Part shown: in pieces, positions 48,086 to 57,159 of the stretch
How the letters are laid out: each line of letters begins with the position of its first letter
Position numbering within the stretch: the first letter of the stretch is position 1
Virus record (IMG/VR): IMGVR_UViG_3300025168_000065
Origin: an uncultured virus (IMG/VR IMGVR_UViG_3300025168_000065)
Taxonomy: Duplodnaviria; Heunggongvirae; Uroviricota; Caudoviricetes; Crassvirales
Length of the DNA stretch: 64,000 bases
Strand: one strand, 5' to 3'
The notes under the pieces: model-generated
The model's database searches: none
What the model was told of the DNA's origin: nothing
What the model saw: the letters and a program-made list of their open reading frames with translations, nothing else
Made by a program: the position numbers and the translations under genes

Positions 48086-48228
48086 TATTTTTTCTTAGGT
48101 AATGATTTAATCTTTCCGTTTTCTGTTCTTGCGTATCTATGAGTTTTAGTTTCTTTACTCGGTATTAATGTACCACAGTATTTTCCTTTACCGTATTCCC
48201 AACATACTTTCTTTCCTTTTCTTTTCAT
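48085..48228 (-). CDS. small basic protein (47 aa, not in ORF track)
   Basis: MKRKGKKVCWEYGKGKYCGTLIPSKETKTHRYARTENGKIKSLPKKK; fills the gap exactly. Confidence 0.6.
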   Translation of the reverse strand: MKRKGKKVCWEYGKGKYCGTLIPSKETKTHRYARTENGKIKSLPKKK

Positions 48229-48229
48229 C

Positions 48230-48595
48230 TTAATATAACCATATTGCGTCAGGCTTAGATGAGTCTACGTCCGCATGTATAAAGGATTTTGCAATCCCTA
48301 AACGGGTAACCCCAACATTTATTAAAGCCTTAACTATTGTTAATCTATCAGCTGCATTAATGCACATAATGTCAGCCGCTTTTCCTATCATATGTGAACT
48401 ATTCATACTTGCTTTGTAACCTCTATTACGCAAGTCTTGATTGTGTTTTTGTGTTCTGTATCCTGAAGTTATTTTAAAAGGGATATCTGCTTCTTCTCTT
48501 GCATGATCTAATAAGTCTAAGAAGTCGGGATCCATATTTTTACCTGATCCTGTTTCATCAGGGGAATCAAATTCCTTAAAGGTAAAATATTTCAT
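48230..48595 (-). CDS. endolysin, peptidase M15 family
   Basis: YFTFKEFD, ITSGYRT, SSHMIGKAADI and FIHAD motifs. Confidence 0.88.
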   Translation of the reverse strand: MKYFTFKEFDSPDETGSGKNMDPDFLDLLDHAREEADIPFKITSGYRTQKHNQDLRNRGYKASMNSSHMIGKAADIMCINAADRLTIVKALINVGVTRLGIAKSFIHADVDSSKPDAIWLY

Positions 48596-48597
48596 GA

Positions 48598-48753
48598 CTA
48601 CTTGTCTTTTTTAATAAACTTATAAATGGTAAATATAATAGCAAGTGAAAGTGAAATAAACTGAAGCCAGTCGTTTACTTGCGTTAATGTTAATCCTAAT
48701 GCACCCCCGTTTGCAATTGCTACTTCTACTGTATCTTTCACTTGTTTAGTCAT
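48598..48753 (-). CDS. small holin-like membrane protein (51 aa, not in ORF track)
   Basis: MTKQVKDTVEVAIANGGALGLTLTQVNDWLQFISLSLAIIFTIYKFIKKDK; directly upstream of the endolysin. Confidence 0.65.
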   Translation of the reverse strand: MTKQVKDTVEVAIANGGALGLTLTQVNDWLQFISLSLAIIFTIYKFIKKDK

Positions 48754-48844
48754 TTTATTTTGTTGAGGTTTGATAGTAATTTATCTCGCCATAATATGTT
48801 GTATCTTGTGTCCACTTCATAATTGCAAATATATAATTATTTTA

Positions 48845-49060
48845 TTACACTTTTCGGCTATATGTCATAGCTCTTGTAGCCTTTCTTACCCCCTCGCTGC
48901 TTTCATGAATTTTTTTATGAACCTTTGCTGTAGTCTTAGCAATATTAACATAACTTTTTGCTGGAGTAGGTATAGTACCTTGATTAACTTTACGTTTATA
49001 TTTCTTAATCTTATTACGGTGAGTTTTATTTGTTTTATTATTTCCTGATGGTGTAGGCAT
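48845..49060 (-). CDS. small basic protein
   Basis: Likely start MPTPSGNNK at 49060; Lys/Arg-rich. Confidence 0.55.
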   Translation of the reverse strand: MPTPSGNNKTNKTHRNKIKKYKRKVNQGTIPTPAKSYVNIAKTTAKVHKKIHESSEGVRKATRAMTYSRKV

Positions 49061-49070
49061 AAGTTTTTTA

Positions 49071-49412
49071 TTAAGGGTTAACGTCTGTTCCTTCAGCATT
49101 TTGTGGCCATCCTAAAAATGAATGAGCACAGTCTTTTGGAAATATTTCATGAGATCCAAAGTCTATATCTTCAGTTGTCATCAGATCATAATATACTCCA
49201 GGATAATATACAGGTGGTGTTATTTCGTGTCCATCAGGATCATACGTTCCTGGGATCTCTACTATTTTACCTATGTAAACTATTGCTTGAGTACCATTAA
49301 TGTAAACATCTTGACTTACTCCTTCTTCAGTTACTACTTCATAAGTACCTTTAGCAAGTAAATCTGCATCTCCTTGTGCTTTGTCTGTGTATTGTAATTT
49401 ATATATGTTCAT
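49071..49412 (-). CDS. fibre-associated hypothetical protein
   Basis: 113 aa downstream of the fibre genes; GTYDPDGHEITPPVY motif. Confidence 0.7.
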   Translation of the reverse strand: MNIYKLQYTDKAQGDADLLAKGTYEVVTEEGVSQDVYINGTQAIVYIGKIVEIPGTYDPDGHEITPPVYYPGVYYDLMTTEDIDFGSHEIFPKDCAHSFLGWPQNAEGTDVNP

Positions 49413-49422
49413 TTCTTTTTAT

Positions 49423-50949
49423 TTATGATGTTAGTGCTGCTAAATCTATATCTGTTGTTTTATATACTTGTAGTTGTTTTACTTTTCCGTAAGTTCTTGA
49501 ACCTTCTGATATAAATAAAATTTTACTGAGGTCATTTAATGTAAATGTACCTGCAACTACTGTTTCATTTCCATCTACCCATATTGCTGAACTTCCTGAC
49601 TTATATTTTACTGCTATTTTATAGTATGTATTTAATTGATTTGCACTACTAACAAATTGAGTAACAACATTCGCTCCATTTTCTCTAATTCTACAAAATA
49701 CAGTTCCTGAAAATCCTAACACAACTTGGTCGTCTGATGCATCTGAATTTAAAATCGCTAATCTACCTGCATCTGAAAAAGCAATCTCAACAAACAAAAC
49801 ACCCTCTGTACTATTAATCAAACTACCTATTCCATCTCTTGTGAAGATGTCTTGGTTTCTTGTAACTGTACTTCCTGATGTTGGAATGTATGATGTTGGA
49901 TATGAGCCTTCTTCTATTTGAAACCCATAAACAAGACAGTTTGTAGCATCATTAGAAGATAAAATAATTCTAACCCCTATATTGTCTGTTACTAATGTCA
50001 ATGGGTCTAATTCTACTCTTTGCCATATAGAAGTTAATGTAATTGTTTTATTTACTGCGACATAAGAACCTCCACTTGACCTTTTTACTCTAATTATAAC
50101 ATCTTTACCAATATTACTTCCCTCTCCTTTTAAATATCCACTAAAAGAATGAGTAACACCTGCACTTGAACCTATACTTTTTGCTAATCCTATATCTTTA
50201 TCCGATTGAAGTAAAAAATTAACTCTATCAGCATTTATAGTGCCATCAGGAGAAGTAGAAATATTTGATTGTATTCCATCTGTTCCAATACTTGTATCAA
50301 TAGCAGAAGAACTCTTAGACCAATATACATTGGCAAAATCATTAGATTGCGTAAAGTCATTAGTCCTCTGTGGCTCTGCTAATAAACTTGAAGTACCATC
50401 TGTATAATCTACTCTTGCTAAGTTATCTATTGTTGCTTCTTTTACTGATACGCTTTTTAATGTTAATGAAGTGCCTGATAAAGTGCTTATGTAAAAATAA
50501 GTATTAGATGTAGCAGTAAGATAAACAGTATGAATACCTACACTATTATCTACAAAAGTATAAGCAGCACCATTATAAAATCTTAATGTCATACCACCTG
50601 TATTTTCAGTTACTTCATAAGTAAATTTATAAACTTTGCCTATATCAAATATATTTTGACGTATTTTTGAATTTATATCAAAGGTTGCTTCATTATTAAA
50701 TGTTACAGTACCATCTGTTACCGCCCAAGCAGTAGTTCCTGCAGGAAAACCTCCATCAGTTACTTCTTCACTACCTAAAATCTCAGCATAATTTACTAAG
50801 CCCTCAGGATTAACTCTTGTCCCTAATGATGCTCTGGTCATTGTTATAGGTATTGGTAAGTAATCATTACCTACTCTATTGTATCCTAATAGCTCTCCCT
50901 CCTTTATTGCCCAGTTACTATTTCCTATTTCTAAACTTGGTTTTTCCAT
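49423..50949 (-). CDS. receptor-binding/fibre protein with CBM-like and LamG-like domains
   Basis: TRASLGTRVN, LLAEPQRTN, QIEEGSYPTSYIPT and YKIAVKY motifs. Confidence 0.75.
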   Translation of the reverse strand: MEKPSLEIGNSNWAIKEGELLGYNRVGNDYLPIPITMTRASLGTRVNPEGLVNYAEILGSEEVTDGGFPAGTTAWAVTDGTVTFNNEATFDINSKIRQNIFDIGKVYKFTYEVTENTGGMTLRFYNGAAYTFVDNSVGIHTVYLTATSNTYFYISTLSGTSLTLKSVSVKEATIDNLARVDYTDGTSSLLAEPQRTNDFTQSNDFANVYWSKSSSAIDTSIGTDGIQSNISTSPDGTINADRVNFLLQSDKDIGLAKSIGSSAGVTHSFSGYLKGEGSNIGKDVIIRVKRSSGGSYVAVNKTITLTSIWQRVELDPLTLVTDNIGVRIILSSNDATNCLVYGFQIEEGSYPTSYIPTSGSTVTRNQDIFTRDGIGSLINSTEGVLFVEIAFSDAGRLAILNSDASDDQVVLGFSGTVFCRIRENGANVVTQFVSSANQLNTYYKIAVKYKSGSSAIWVDGNETVVAGTFTLNDLSKILFISEGSRTYGKVKQLQVYKTTDIDLAALTS

Positions 50950-53900
50950 TATTGTAGTGTGTAATTTAATGCATTTGCCATTTCAGCATATGTTGAATAA
51001 GTACTGTTAGGTGGTATTGTTAAAAGTGTTAACTCCTCATCTGTTAGTGCTGTATCGTAGACTTGTAGTTGTCTAACATTACCATAAAAAGGTAAAACAC
51101 CATTACCATTATAATCAAAAGATAAATTATCTAAAGTTGCAGTAAAAGCAAAAGCATTTGAAAGATTCCCTCCATTTGGAGTAATAGGACTACCATCTAT
51201 ATAAATTAAACTTTGACCACTTTTATATGCTATTGCTATTTTATAAAAAGTATTAGCCAAAGATGCAGTAGTATTATCAGTAAAAATATTACTTGCATTT
51301 GCTCTTAATCTTATATAAAAATCATCTGAAACATTATTAAAGCCTATTGTTACACTATTAACATCAGAATTAGAAGCAGCATTATTTAAACTGATTAAAT
51401 AGTAATTATCAGGTTCAAGTACAGGTTTAGATAATTCTATAAAGAATGTTCCTTCTGTTTGTCCTATCAACCCACTTATATCCTCAGCGCTTTCATATTT
51501 TTCAATTGCTCTGGTAGCTGTAGTACCTTCAGTTGGAATATAACTTGTTTCGTAAGAGCCTTCTTCTAATTGTGCGCCCCATAAATAGAAAGACCTATTG
51601 TCAGAATCTTGAAAGGCATAGAATGGGTATGTGTCAGTCGCTAAAGGCATAATCACAGTATCAGCAACAGTAGAAGAAGGAAAAGTAGCAGTTATAGATA
51701 TTCTATAATAATCGCCTAAAGTTGTAAAAGATGCTGAACCTGTTGTAGTTCCATTAAAAATAAGTGTTTTAAAAGTGTTAGTAGTAAAATCAAAATTTGT
51801 TCTCACTCTCTGAGCATTTGAACCAAAACTTATTCCTAAATATCTACCATTATTATTTTTTACATAAAAAGTAAATGTATGAGAACCTGTACCTAAAGTA
51901 ATTGAACTTAATAAGTCAAAACTTGGTATTCCTCCTGTGTAAACTGTTTCTTGAATTAAAGATGCATCTAATTGTCCACTTGGCGAAATAATAGAATTAG
52001 CTGTTACTGTTACCTTATCTTTTCTCCAATAACTTTGTGTAAAGTCTTCACTGTATTGAATATTATTAGTCCTCTGAGGCTCTGCTAATATATGTGGACA
52101 ACCTCCTCCTGTGTAGTCTATACGAGGGATATCAATCTCCCCTCCCTCTACTACAGAAACATTTGTAAGCACAGCAGTTCCAGAAGATGATCCATAAATT
52201 TGTATTCTATTTGTATCTGCATCTGTGTTGACAGTTATAATATCTGGCAAGGTAACCTCAATCATCTGTCCTGGTATACCTGCAAATCCTGTTCTAAGAC
52301 GCACAGGACCTGTTCCCTCAAGCTGTATATAATAAGTTGTACCTGTTTCCTCTGTCCAAGCTTGAAAAAGATTTTGACCGTTAGAGGTAAATGTAACTGA
52401 TCCTAAACTCAACTCAGGCGATGTAGCTATAGTCCACCCTTGAAATACTTCTTTTACGGATACGTTGTCAATTGAAAAATAACCACCTGTACTACTATTT
52501 AAAGCAGTAAAAGTTAGTCTATCTAATCCACTTGTTATGGTATGGTAATAAGTATATGTGCCTGCTGAAAACTTTGTATATGGAAATACACTCTCAGGAG
52601 CACCACTACAATCTAATTTAAAATAAGCATCTTTAGCAGCTTCAACATCTAATATATCAAATTGAATTTTTACTGTTTTCCCAGATGCAATACTTGACAT
52701 TAATTGTCTTAATTCTGTCCCTGTAACTGTTGCATCGTAATTTGCTTTATCATCACCCATACCCCAACCATTTCCAAAAGTCCACCCCTGTCCTACTTCT
52801 TTGACTGATATGTTTGTAATTGTACCATCAAAATCTAAAGCAGCTCTAAATCTTATTAATGTAGTATCTGATGCTTGACCATAAAATGTAAAATCTCCTG
52901 TATTACCTGTACCTGTATGACCAACATATACACCCCCAATATATACACTTAATCTTCCTGCATTATTTTCAGGTATAGTAAAAGTTGCTTTGTAAAACTT
53001 ACCTGCTACTGAACCTGATTGTAAAATGTCTGCATTATTTGTACCATCTGATACTGCCACACTATTTGCTTGATTTATAGACCAACCTGTATCTAAAGTC
53101 CAATCTTGCCCAACCTCTTTTACTGATACGTTGTCTATTGTAACATTTAATCCTGTATAAGAACCTGTTGTTTGAAACCAAATATACCCATCAGAAATCA
53201 TTGTGAAATATGTAGTGTAAACACCACCAACTAAGTCAGAAGTTAAAATAGGAGTAACTGCACCACCTGTAACTCTATAAGCAAAACCACCACTAATTGA
53301 TAAAGTTTCTATATCTACTTGAAGTTTGTATTGTTTTCCTGAAGTCAAAAAATTAGTTCCTTGTTGTGATGTTAATTGACTATATTGAGAAGCACTTGTT
53401 ATTGATGCTTTTCCTCCACTTATTGCAAAATCTCCTACTTCAGTCCACCCTGTTGTTCCACCACTAAAATCTCCATTAGTAACTAATTCTGGACCTATCT
53501 GATCAAAATTACCATTACTTACTTCTTCTGGTCCTATCTGATCGAAGTCTCCGTTACTTACTTGTTCTGGACCTATCTGCTGAAAGTTTCCGTTAGTCAC
53601 CTGCTCCACACCTGGTAAGACACCTGCATAATTAATAAATCCTAATGGATCAACTCTTGTAGCAGCACTTGCTCTGGTGAAATCTAAATCAGCAATACCT
53701 GTTAGCTCTTGCTTGACAGTTAAATTTCTTATGATTAATAACTCACCACTATTACCGTATATATTTAATGCCGTTCCAAATCCTGCTACACCAGTAAATG
53801 TATTACAACCTAAAGGTAAGTGTGTGCTGTTAGTAAGAGTAGTACTCCCTAAAGACACTGTATTGTTTTGATCACCCGTATTTTGAGTAACCTCAAAAGT

Positions 53901-54158
53901 TACAGTATATCTGTTACCTCCCGTAACACCGATTATGTTTTGTGAGATAGAAGTACCAAGAGCATTACCATCATAACGAGCTGAATTCCCACCTATTGAC
54001 CAACCTGGATTTAATGTCCATGCTGTTGAGCCATCAGCAAAATCACCATCCCCCGCAAGCTCTCCACCAAAAGTAGGAGAAGGAAGAGCTGCGAACAACT
54101 TTCCCTTCTTATACGCATTAGGTGTTATTAATATATCTATCTTATCTAATAAACTCAT
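50949..54158 (-). CDS. receptor-binding/fibre protein with multiple CBM-like domains
   Basis: Repeated ExVxNGxF and xxNVSVKEV motifs; FTRASAATRV, LAEPQRTN, GAQLEEGSYETSYIPT. Confidence 0.8.
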   Translation of the reverse strand: MSLLDKIDILITPNAYKKGKLFAALPSPTFGGELAGDGDFADGSTAWTLNPGWSIGGNSARYDGNALGTSISQNIIGVTGGNRYTVTFEVTQNTGDQNNTVSLGSTTLTNSTHLPLGCNTFTGVAGFGTALNIYGNSGELLIIRNLTVKQELTGIADLDFTRASAATRVDPLGFINYAGVLPGVEQVTNGNFQQIGPEQVSNGDFDQIGPEEVSNGNFDQIGPELVTNGDFSGGTTGWTEVGDFAISGGKASITSASQYSQLTSQQGTNFLTSGKQYKLQVDIETLSISGGFAYRVTGGAVTPILTSDLVGGVYTTYFTMISDGYIWFQTTGSYTGLNVTIDNVSVKEVGQDWTLDTGWSINQANSVAVSDGTNNADILQSGSVAGKFYKATFTIPENNAGRLSVYIGGVYVGHTGTGNTGDFTFYGQASDTTLIRFRAALDFDGTITNISVKEVGQGWTFGNGWGMGDDKANYDATVTGTELRQLMSSIASGKTVKIQFDILDVEAAKDAYFKLDCSGAPESVFPYTKFSAGTYTYYHTITSGLDRLTFTALNSSTGGYFSIDNVSVKEVFQGWTIATSPELSLGSVTFTSNGQNLFQAWTEETGTTYYIQLEGTGPVRLRTGFAGIPGQMIEVTLPDIITVNTDADTNRIQIYGSSSGTAVLTNVSVVEGGEIDIPRIDYTGGGCPHILAEPQRTNNIQYSEDFTQSYWRKDKVTVTANSIISPSGQLDASLIQETVYTGGIPSFDLLSSITLGTGSHTFTFYVKNNNGRYLGISFGSNAQRVRTNFDFTTNTFKTLIFNGTTTGSASFTTLGDYYRISITATFPSSTVADTVIMPLATDTYPFYAFQDSDNRSFYLWGAQLEEGSYETSYIPTEGTTATRAIEKYESAEDISGLIGQTEGTFFIELSKPVLEPDNYYLISLNNAASNSDVNSVTIGFNNVSDDFYIRLRANASNIFTDNTTASLANTFYKIAIAYKSGQSLIYIDGSPITPNGGNLSNAFAFTATLDNLSFDYNGNGVLPFYGNVRQLQVYDTALTDEELTLLTIPPNSTYSTYAEMANALNYTLQ

Positions 54159-54322
54159 TGTATACTTTCTAATTGATGTAACACTTTAAGTAAACATGCA
54201 CGTGCCTCTATTGTTCCTCCATTACAATTTACCCTTATTATAAAAGGTATAAAGTGAGAAGAAGCCCCGCTTTCTATCTTTGAAAAAGGTACGGCATTAC
54301 CAGATGCTATTCCTAAAGACAT
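54155..54322 (-). CDS. small protein (55 aa, not in ORF track)
   Basis: MSLGIASGNAVPF...GGTIEARACL...LESIQ; ATGA overlap with the next gene. Confidence 0.6.
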   Translation of the reverse strand: MSLGIASGNAVPFSKIESGASSHFIPFIIRVNCNGGTIEARACLLKVLHQLESIQ

Positions 54323-54323
54323 A

Positions 54324-54857
54324 TTACCAGAGTGCTATAATGTCCGTAGCTGTTGATAAAGGACTAACCCTTACAACCTGAATAGGTAAAAAAGCTGCAT
54401 TCCCTATATTCTTATAAGTTAATTCGTAATTAGCTGGCTTATCTACCGCTGTAACATTTCCGTTTTTAGCAGCCATCTGAACTATTAAATCCCCAGTTCC
54501 ACCAACATATAATGAACATCCAATTGTTGGCCTGTTATATATTGTAAAGCTATCCGTTGCACCACCTGTTGTTGCAGGTGTTAGCGATAATGCAGTATCA
54601 CTATCTATATTTGTCACTGTGTAAGCAACATTAGTTGTTGTGTTATATACAATAGCACCTATATTTATTCCCGCTGTTGTAAATTTTGGGGCAGCTGGAG
54701 TAGCTATTGTTAATGCACCAGCAGTAAAAGATGCTGTTCCAACAGTCTGACCTGTAGTTGTGTCTAATACAACAACCGCTGATGGATCTGGAATAGGCAC
54801 CGTTGTACTCGGTATTACCTTTAGACCTTCACTTATTTGTAGTTTTTGATATGCCAT
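54324..54857 (-). CDS. virion structural protein
   Basis: LYVGGTGDL, FLPIQVVRV and TATDIIALW motifs. Confidence 0.75.
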   Translation of the reverse strand: MAYQKLQISEGLKVIPSTTVPIPDPSAVVVLDTTTGQTVGTASFTAGALTIATPAAPKFTTAGINIGAIVYNTTTNVAYTVTNIDSDTALSLTPATTGGATDSFTIYNRPTIGCSLYVGGTGDLIVQMAAKNGNVTAVDKPANYELTYKNIGNAAFLPIQVVRVSPLSTATDIIALW

Positions 54858-54862
54858 TTTAT

Positions 54863-55039
54863 TTATTTATTTTCGTAAGGAAACATTCTATTTAAAGTAT
54901 CCTTTCTTTTATTACATCCGCAGTCACTATTAGTAGCCTTAGCTACAGTATCAACTACTTTTTTTATTCCTGTTGCTCTGGTGAACTTCTCTACTGAATC
55001 CCCTAAGCCTCTTGACTTATTAATTGCAGTTCTTTTCAT
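54863..55039 (-). CDS. small conserved phage protein (58 aa, not in ORF track)
   Basis: SRGLGDSVEKFTRATGIKK..DCGCNKRKDTLN motif. Confidence 0.7.
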   Translation of the reverse strand: MKRTAINKSRGLGDSVEKFTRATGIKKVVDTVAKATNSDCGCNKRKDTLNRMFPYENK

Positions 55040-55143
55040 TATGATTTACAACATTTTCCTGATTCACAACAACACTCACACCAATTAAAACATACTAATC
55101 CAAAAGTTATAGCCTCAACCCATTTGCATATTCTTGCTTTCAT
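55039..55143 (-). CDS. Cys-rich micro-protein (34 aa, not in ORF track)
   Basis: MKARICKWVEAITFGLVCFNWCECCCESGKCCKS; exact operon fit. Confidence 0.55.
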   Translation of the reverse strand: MKARICKWVEAITFGLVCFNWCECCCESGKCCKS

Positions 55144-55146
55144 AAT

Positions 55147-55344
55147 TTATTTTGTTTTACATCCAAAGTTGTTAGCGTAGTTTGCCATCTTTACTACTTT
55201 TTCAGAATACTTTTTAGTATTCTTCATTACAGCAGAAGCTCCACTACAAGCATCTTTGAATCCATTATTCTTAGCCCATTTAGTAAAAGCTCCTTGTCTG
55301 GATTCTTTTATTGCTGGGAATTTCTTTTTAGTTCTACCTGCCAT
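55147..55344 (-). CDS. small basic protein
   Basis: GAFTKWAK and KMANYANN motifs. Confidence 0.7.
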   Translation of the reverse strand: MAGRTKKKFPAIKESRQGAFTKWAKNNGFKDACSGASAVMKNTKKYSEKVVKMANYANNFGCKTK

Positions 55345-55550
55345 TATTTTCTAATTGCAGATCCGATCTTTTTCTTTACGTTGTTGATACACTCGTAAGA
55401 CATATTGTGATCTCCACCGTATGCATGACCGTAATCTTTTTTAGACATAGCTTTAGACTCATCTCTTCTGTCTTTCATAGACTGAGACTTCTTTCCGTTC
55501 TTAGCTCCTAATGACTCATCAAGTCTTGAATTGTAACCTTGCTTTTTCAT
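55344..55550 (-). CDS. small basic protein
   Basis: QGYNSRLDESLG..KSQSMKDRRDESK motif. Confidence 0.7.
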   Translation of the reverse strand: MKKQGYNSRLDESLGAKNGKKSQSMKDRRDESKAMSKKDYGHAYGGDHNMSYECINNVKKKIGSAIRK

Positions 55551-55552
55551 AA

Positions 55553-55948
55553 TTATTTTTTCTTTTTAATTTTATTACCATGTTTGTCTCTACCCATTTC
55601 CTTAAACCTTGGATCATCATAGATATAAGTCTTTGTTTTAGAATTTCCAAAACCTGAAGCATTAGATTTTGGCTTTAAAGATTTTACATCACTTTCTAAT
55701 TTATCTCTTTTTTCCTTGAGCTTAATATATTTTCTTGTATTACGAGCTGTTTTAGATAATCCTTTAGTCTTGTCGTAGTCAATCTTTTTCTTTCCAGAAT
55801 CATGGTCAGCTTGTTTTTTCTTTATTTTCTCATTTACCTTAGCAATCCTTTTAGTTTTTCTTTTTATTTTTCTTGCAGTTCTTCTTTCTTTACCATCAAA
55901 CTCAGATGTCGATAATGGTTGTGATAGATTTCTTCTTATGGGTGCCAT
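55553..55948 (-). CDS. Lys/Arg-rich protein
   Basis: 131 aa; TATCTTTG box at 55970-55977. Confidence 0.65.
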   Translation of the reverse strand: MAPIRRNLSQPLSTSEFDGKERRTARKIKRKTKRIAKVNEKIKKKQADHDSGKKKIDYDKTKGLSKTARNTRKYIKLKEKRDKLESDVKSLKPKSNASGFGNSKTKTYIYDDPRFKEMGRDKHGNKIKKKK

Positions 55949-55991
55949 AATTTATTTTTTAATTCTTTACAAAGATAGTTATTTTATTTAT

Positions 55992-56651
55992 TTAATTCCA
56001 AGTTGTGTCATATCTCTTGAGACCCGTTTGAGCTTGCATTCTTTTCTTTCTGTTAGCACGCTTAGTAGCTCTACGCTTTTGATTAGACATTCTTGTGTTA
56101 GATCTTTTTTCTTTTCTTTCTGTTTGAGCTTGAATTTTTTCAGCTTTTTTATCTCCTCTTTTTTGAACTCTCTCTGGTCTTGCTTTTATTTTTTGACCTT
56201 TTGCCTCTAACTTGGCATTAAGCTTAGCCTTTCTTTCTTTAAGCTCGTTTCTTTTGTCAATTAATTTATTTCTTTTTTTACCTATTGGAGCATTATTTAT
56301 ATTCTCTTGATTTGCTTTTAATTTTGCTTTAAATGAAGCGTCTTTCTTTTTTTGCTTTTCCTGAAGTCTGCTTGATTTTTTATTAGCAGTCTCTTTAGCT
56401 TTTTCTACTTTCTTCTTAGTCTTGCCTATATTCTTCTGACCCTTAGTTTCCTGCTTTGCAGTAATATTAGCCAACCTTTCTTTATTTTTCTTTTCAGCTA
56501 AAGCTTTTTTGTTTGCCGCTTTTATGTCAGCCTCTGATCTTTTCTTCTTGTTAGACTCTTTCTTTAAAGTAGCTTTAGATTTAACAGTAGTTTTCTTTTT
56601 TGTAATAGCCTTACTAAAAGGCTTTTTATATTTTTTCTTAGGATCTGGCAT
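55992..56651 (-). CDS. very Lys-rich (histone H1-like composition) protein
   Basis: Likely start MPDPKKK at 56651 because the promoter box at 56674-56681 lies inside the longer call. Confidence 0.7.
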   Translation of the reverse strand: MPDPKKKYKKPFSKAITKKKTTVKSKATLKKESNKKKRSEADIKAANKKALAEKKNKERLANITAKQETKGQKNIGKTKKKVEKAKETANKKSSRLQEKQKKKDASFKAKLKANQENINNAPIGKKRNKLIDKRNELKERKAKLNAKLEAKGQKIKARPERVQKRGDKKAEKIQAQTERKEKRSNTRMSNQKRRATKRANRKKRMQAQTGLKRYDTTWN

Positions 56652-56694
56652 AATTTTATTACTTTTGTTCTTGCAAAGATACAAATTAAATTTA

Positions 56695-57159
56695 ATGCCA
56701 AATATAGTAAGAAAGAACTACGATAGGATTCAACCCTCACACGATTATATGAAGTACTGGAGGGTGATAAGGTACTGGGCTAAAGCCAAGTATAAGATCG
56801 GAACCCCCGATATAGACATGCTATTCTTCCTATATAGCGAACAAATATTTAATAAAAGTAAGTTTAAAGAGTTTGAAGAGTGTATGTCATGGGATGAACC
56901 CAGGTTTCATAGGCTCCTGAAAGAAGGATGGATACATGTATGGCGTAAGCGCACAGGCAATGAGACAACACTATACGAGCTTTCTTATCAAGGTAAAAGA
57001 CTTGTAAACACTATATACAAAAAATTAAATGGAGATGAGATTGCAGAAAACCCAAAGAACAACCCTCTGTTTAGACATGACGCCTCTTACATGGATAAGA
57101 TTTACCGTAATATGATATTAGAGATGAATCAGTTTATAAAACAAGAAAAGCTTAAGTAG
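56695..57159 (+). CDS. winged-helix-like regulator, lone plus-strand gene in the late region
   Basis: RFHRLLKEGWI..YELSYQGK pattern; likely start MPNIV at 56695. Confidence 0.65.
   Translation: MPNIVRKNYDRIQPSHDYMKYWRVIRYWAKAKYKIGTPDIDMLFFLYSEQIFNKSKFKEFEECMSWDEPRFHRLLKEGWIHVWRKRTGNETTLYELSYQGKRLVNTIYKKLNGDEIAENPKNNPLFRHDASYMDKIYRNMILEMNQFIKQEKLK

Noticed and set aside
53466..53606. 39-bp tandem repeats as a possible CRISPR array or DGR repeat
   Set aside because: No spacers; in-frame coding repeats varying at third positions; no cas or reverse transcriptase gene in the window
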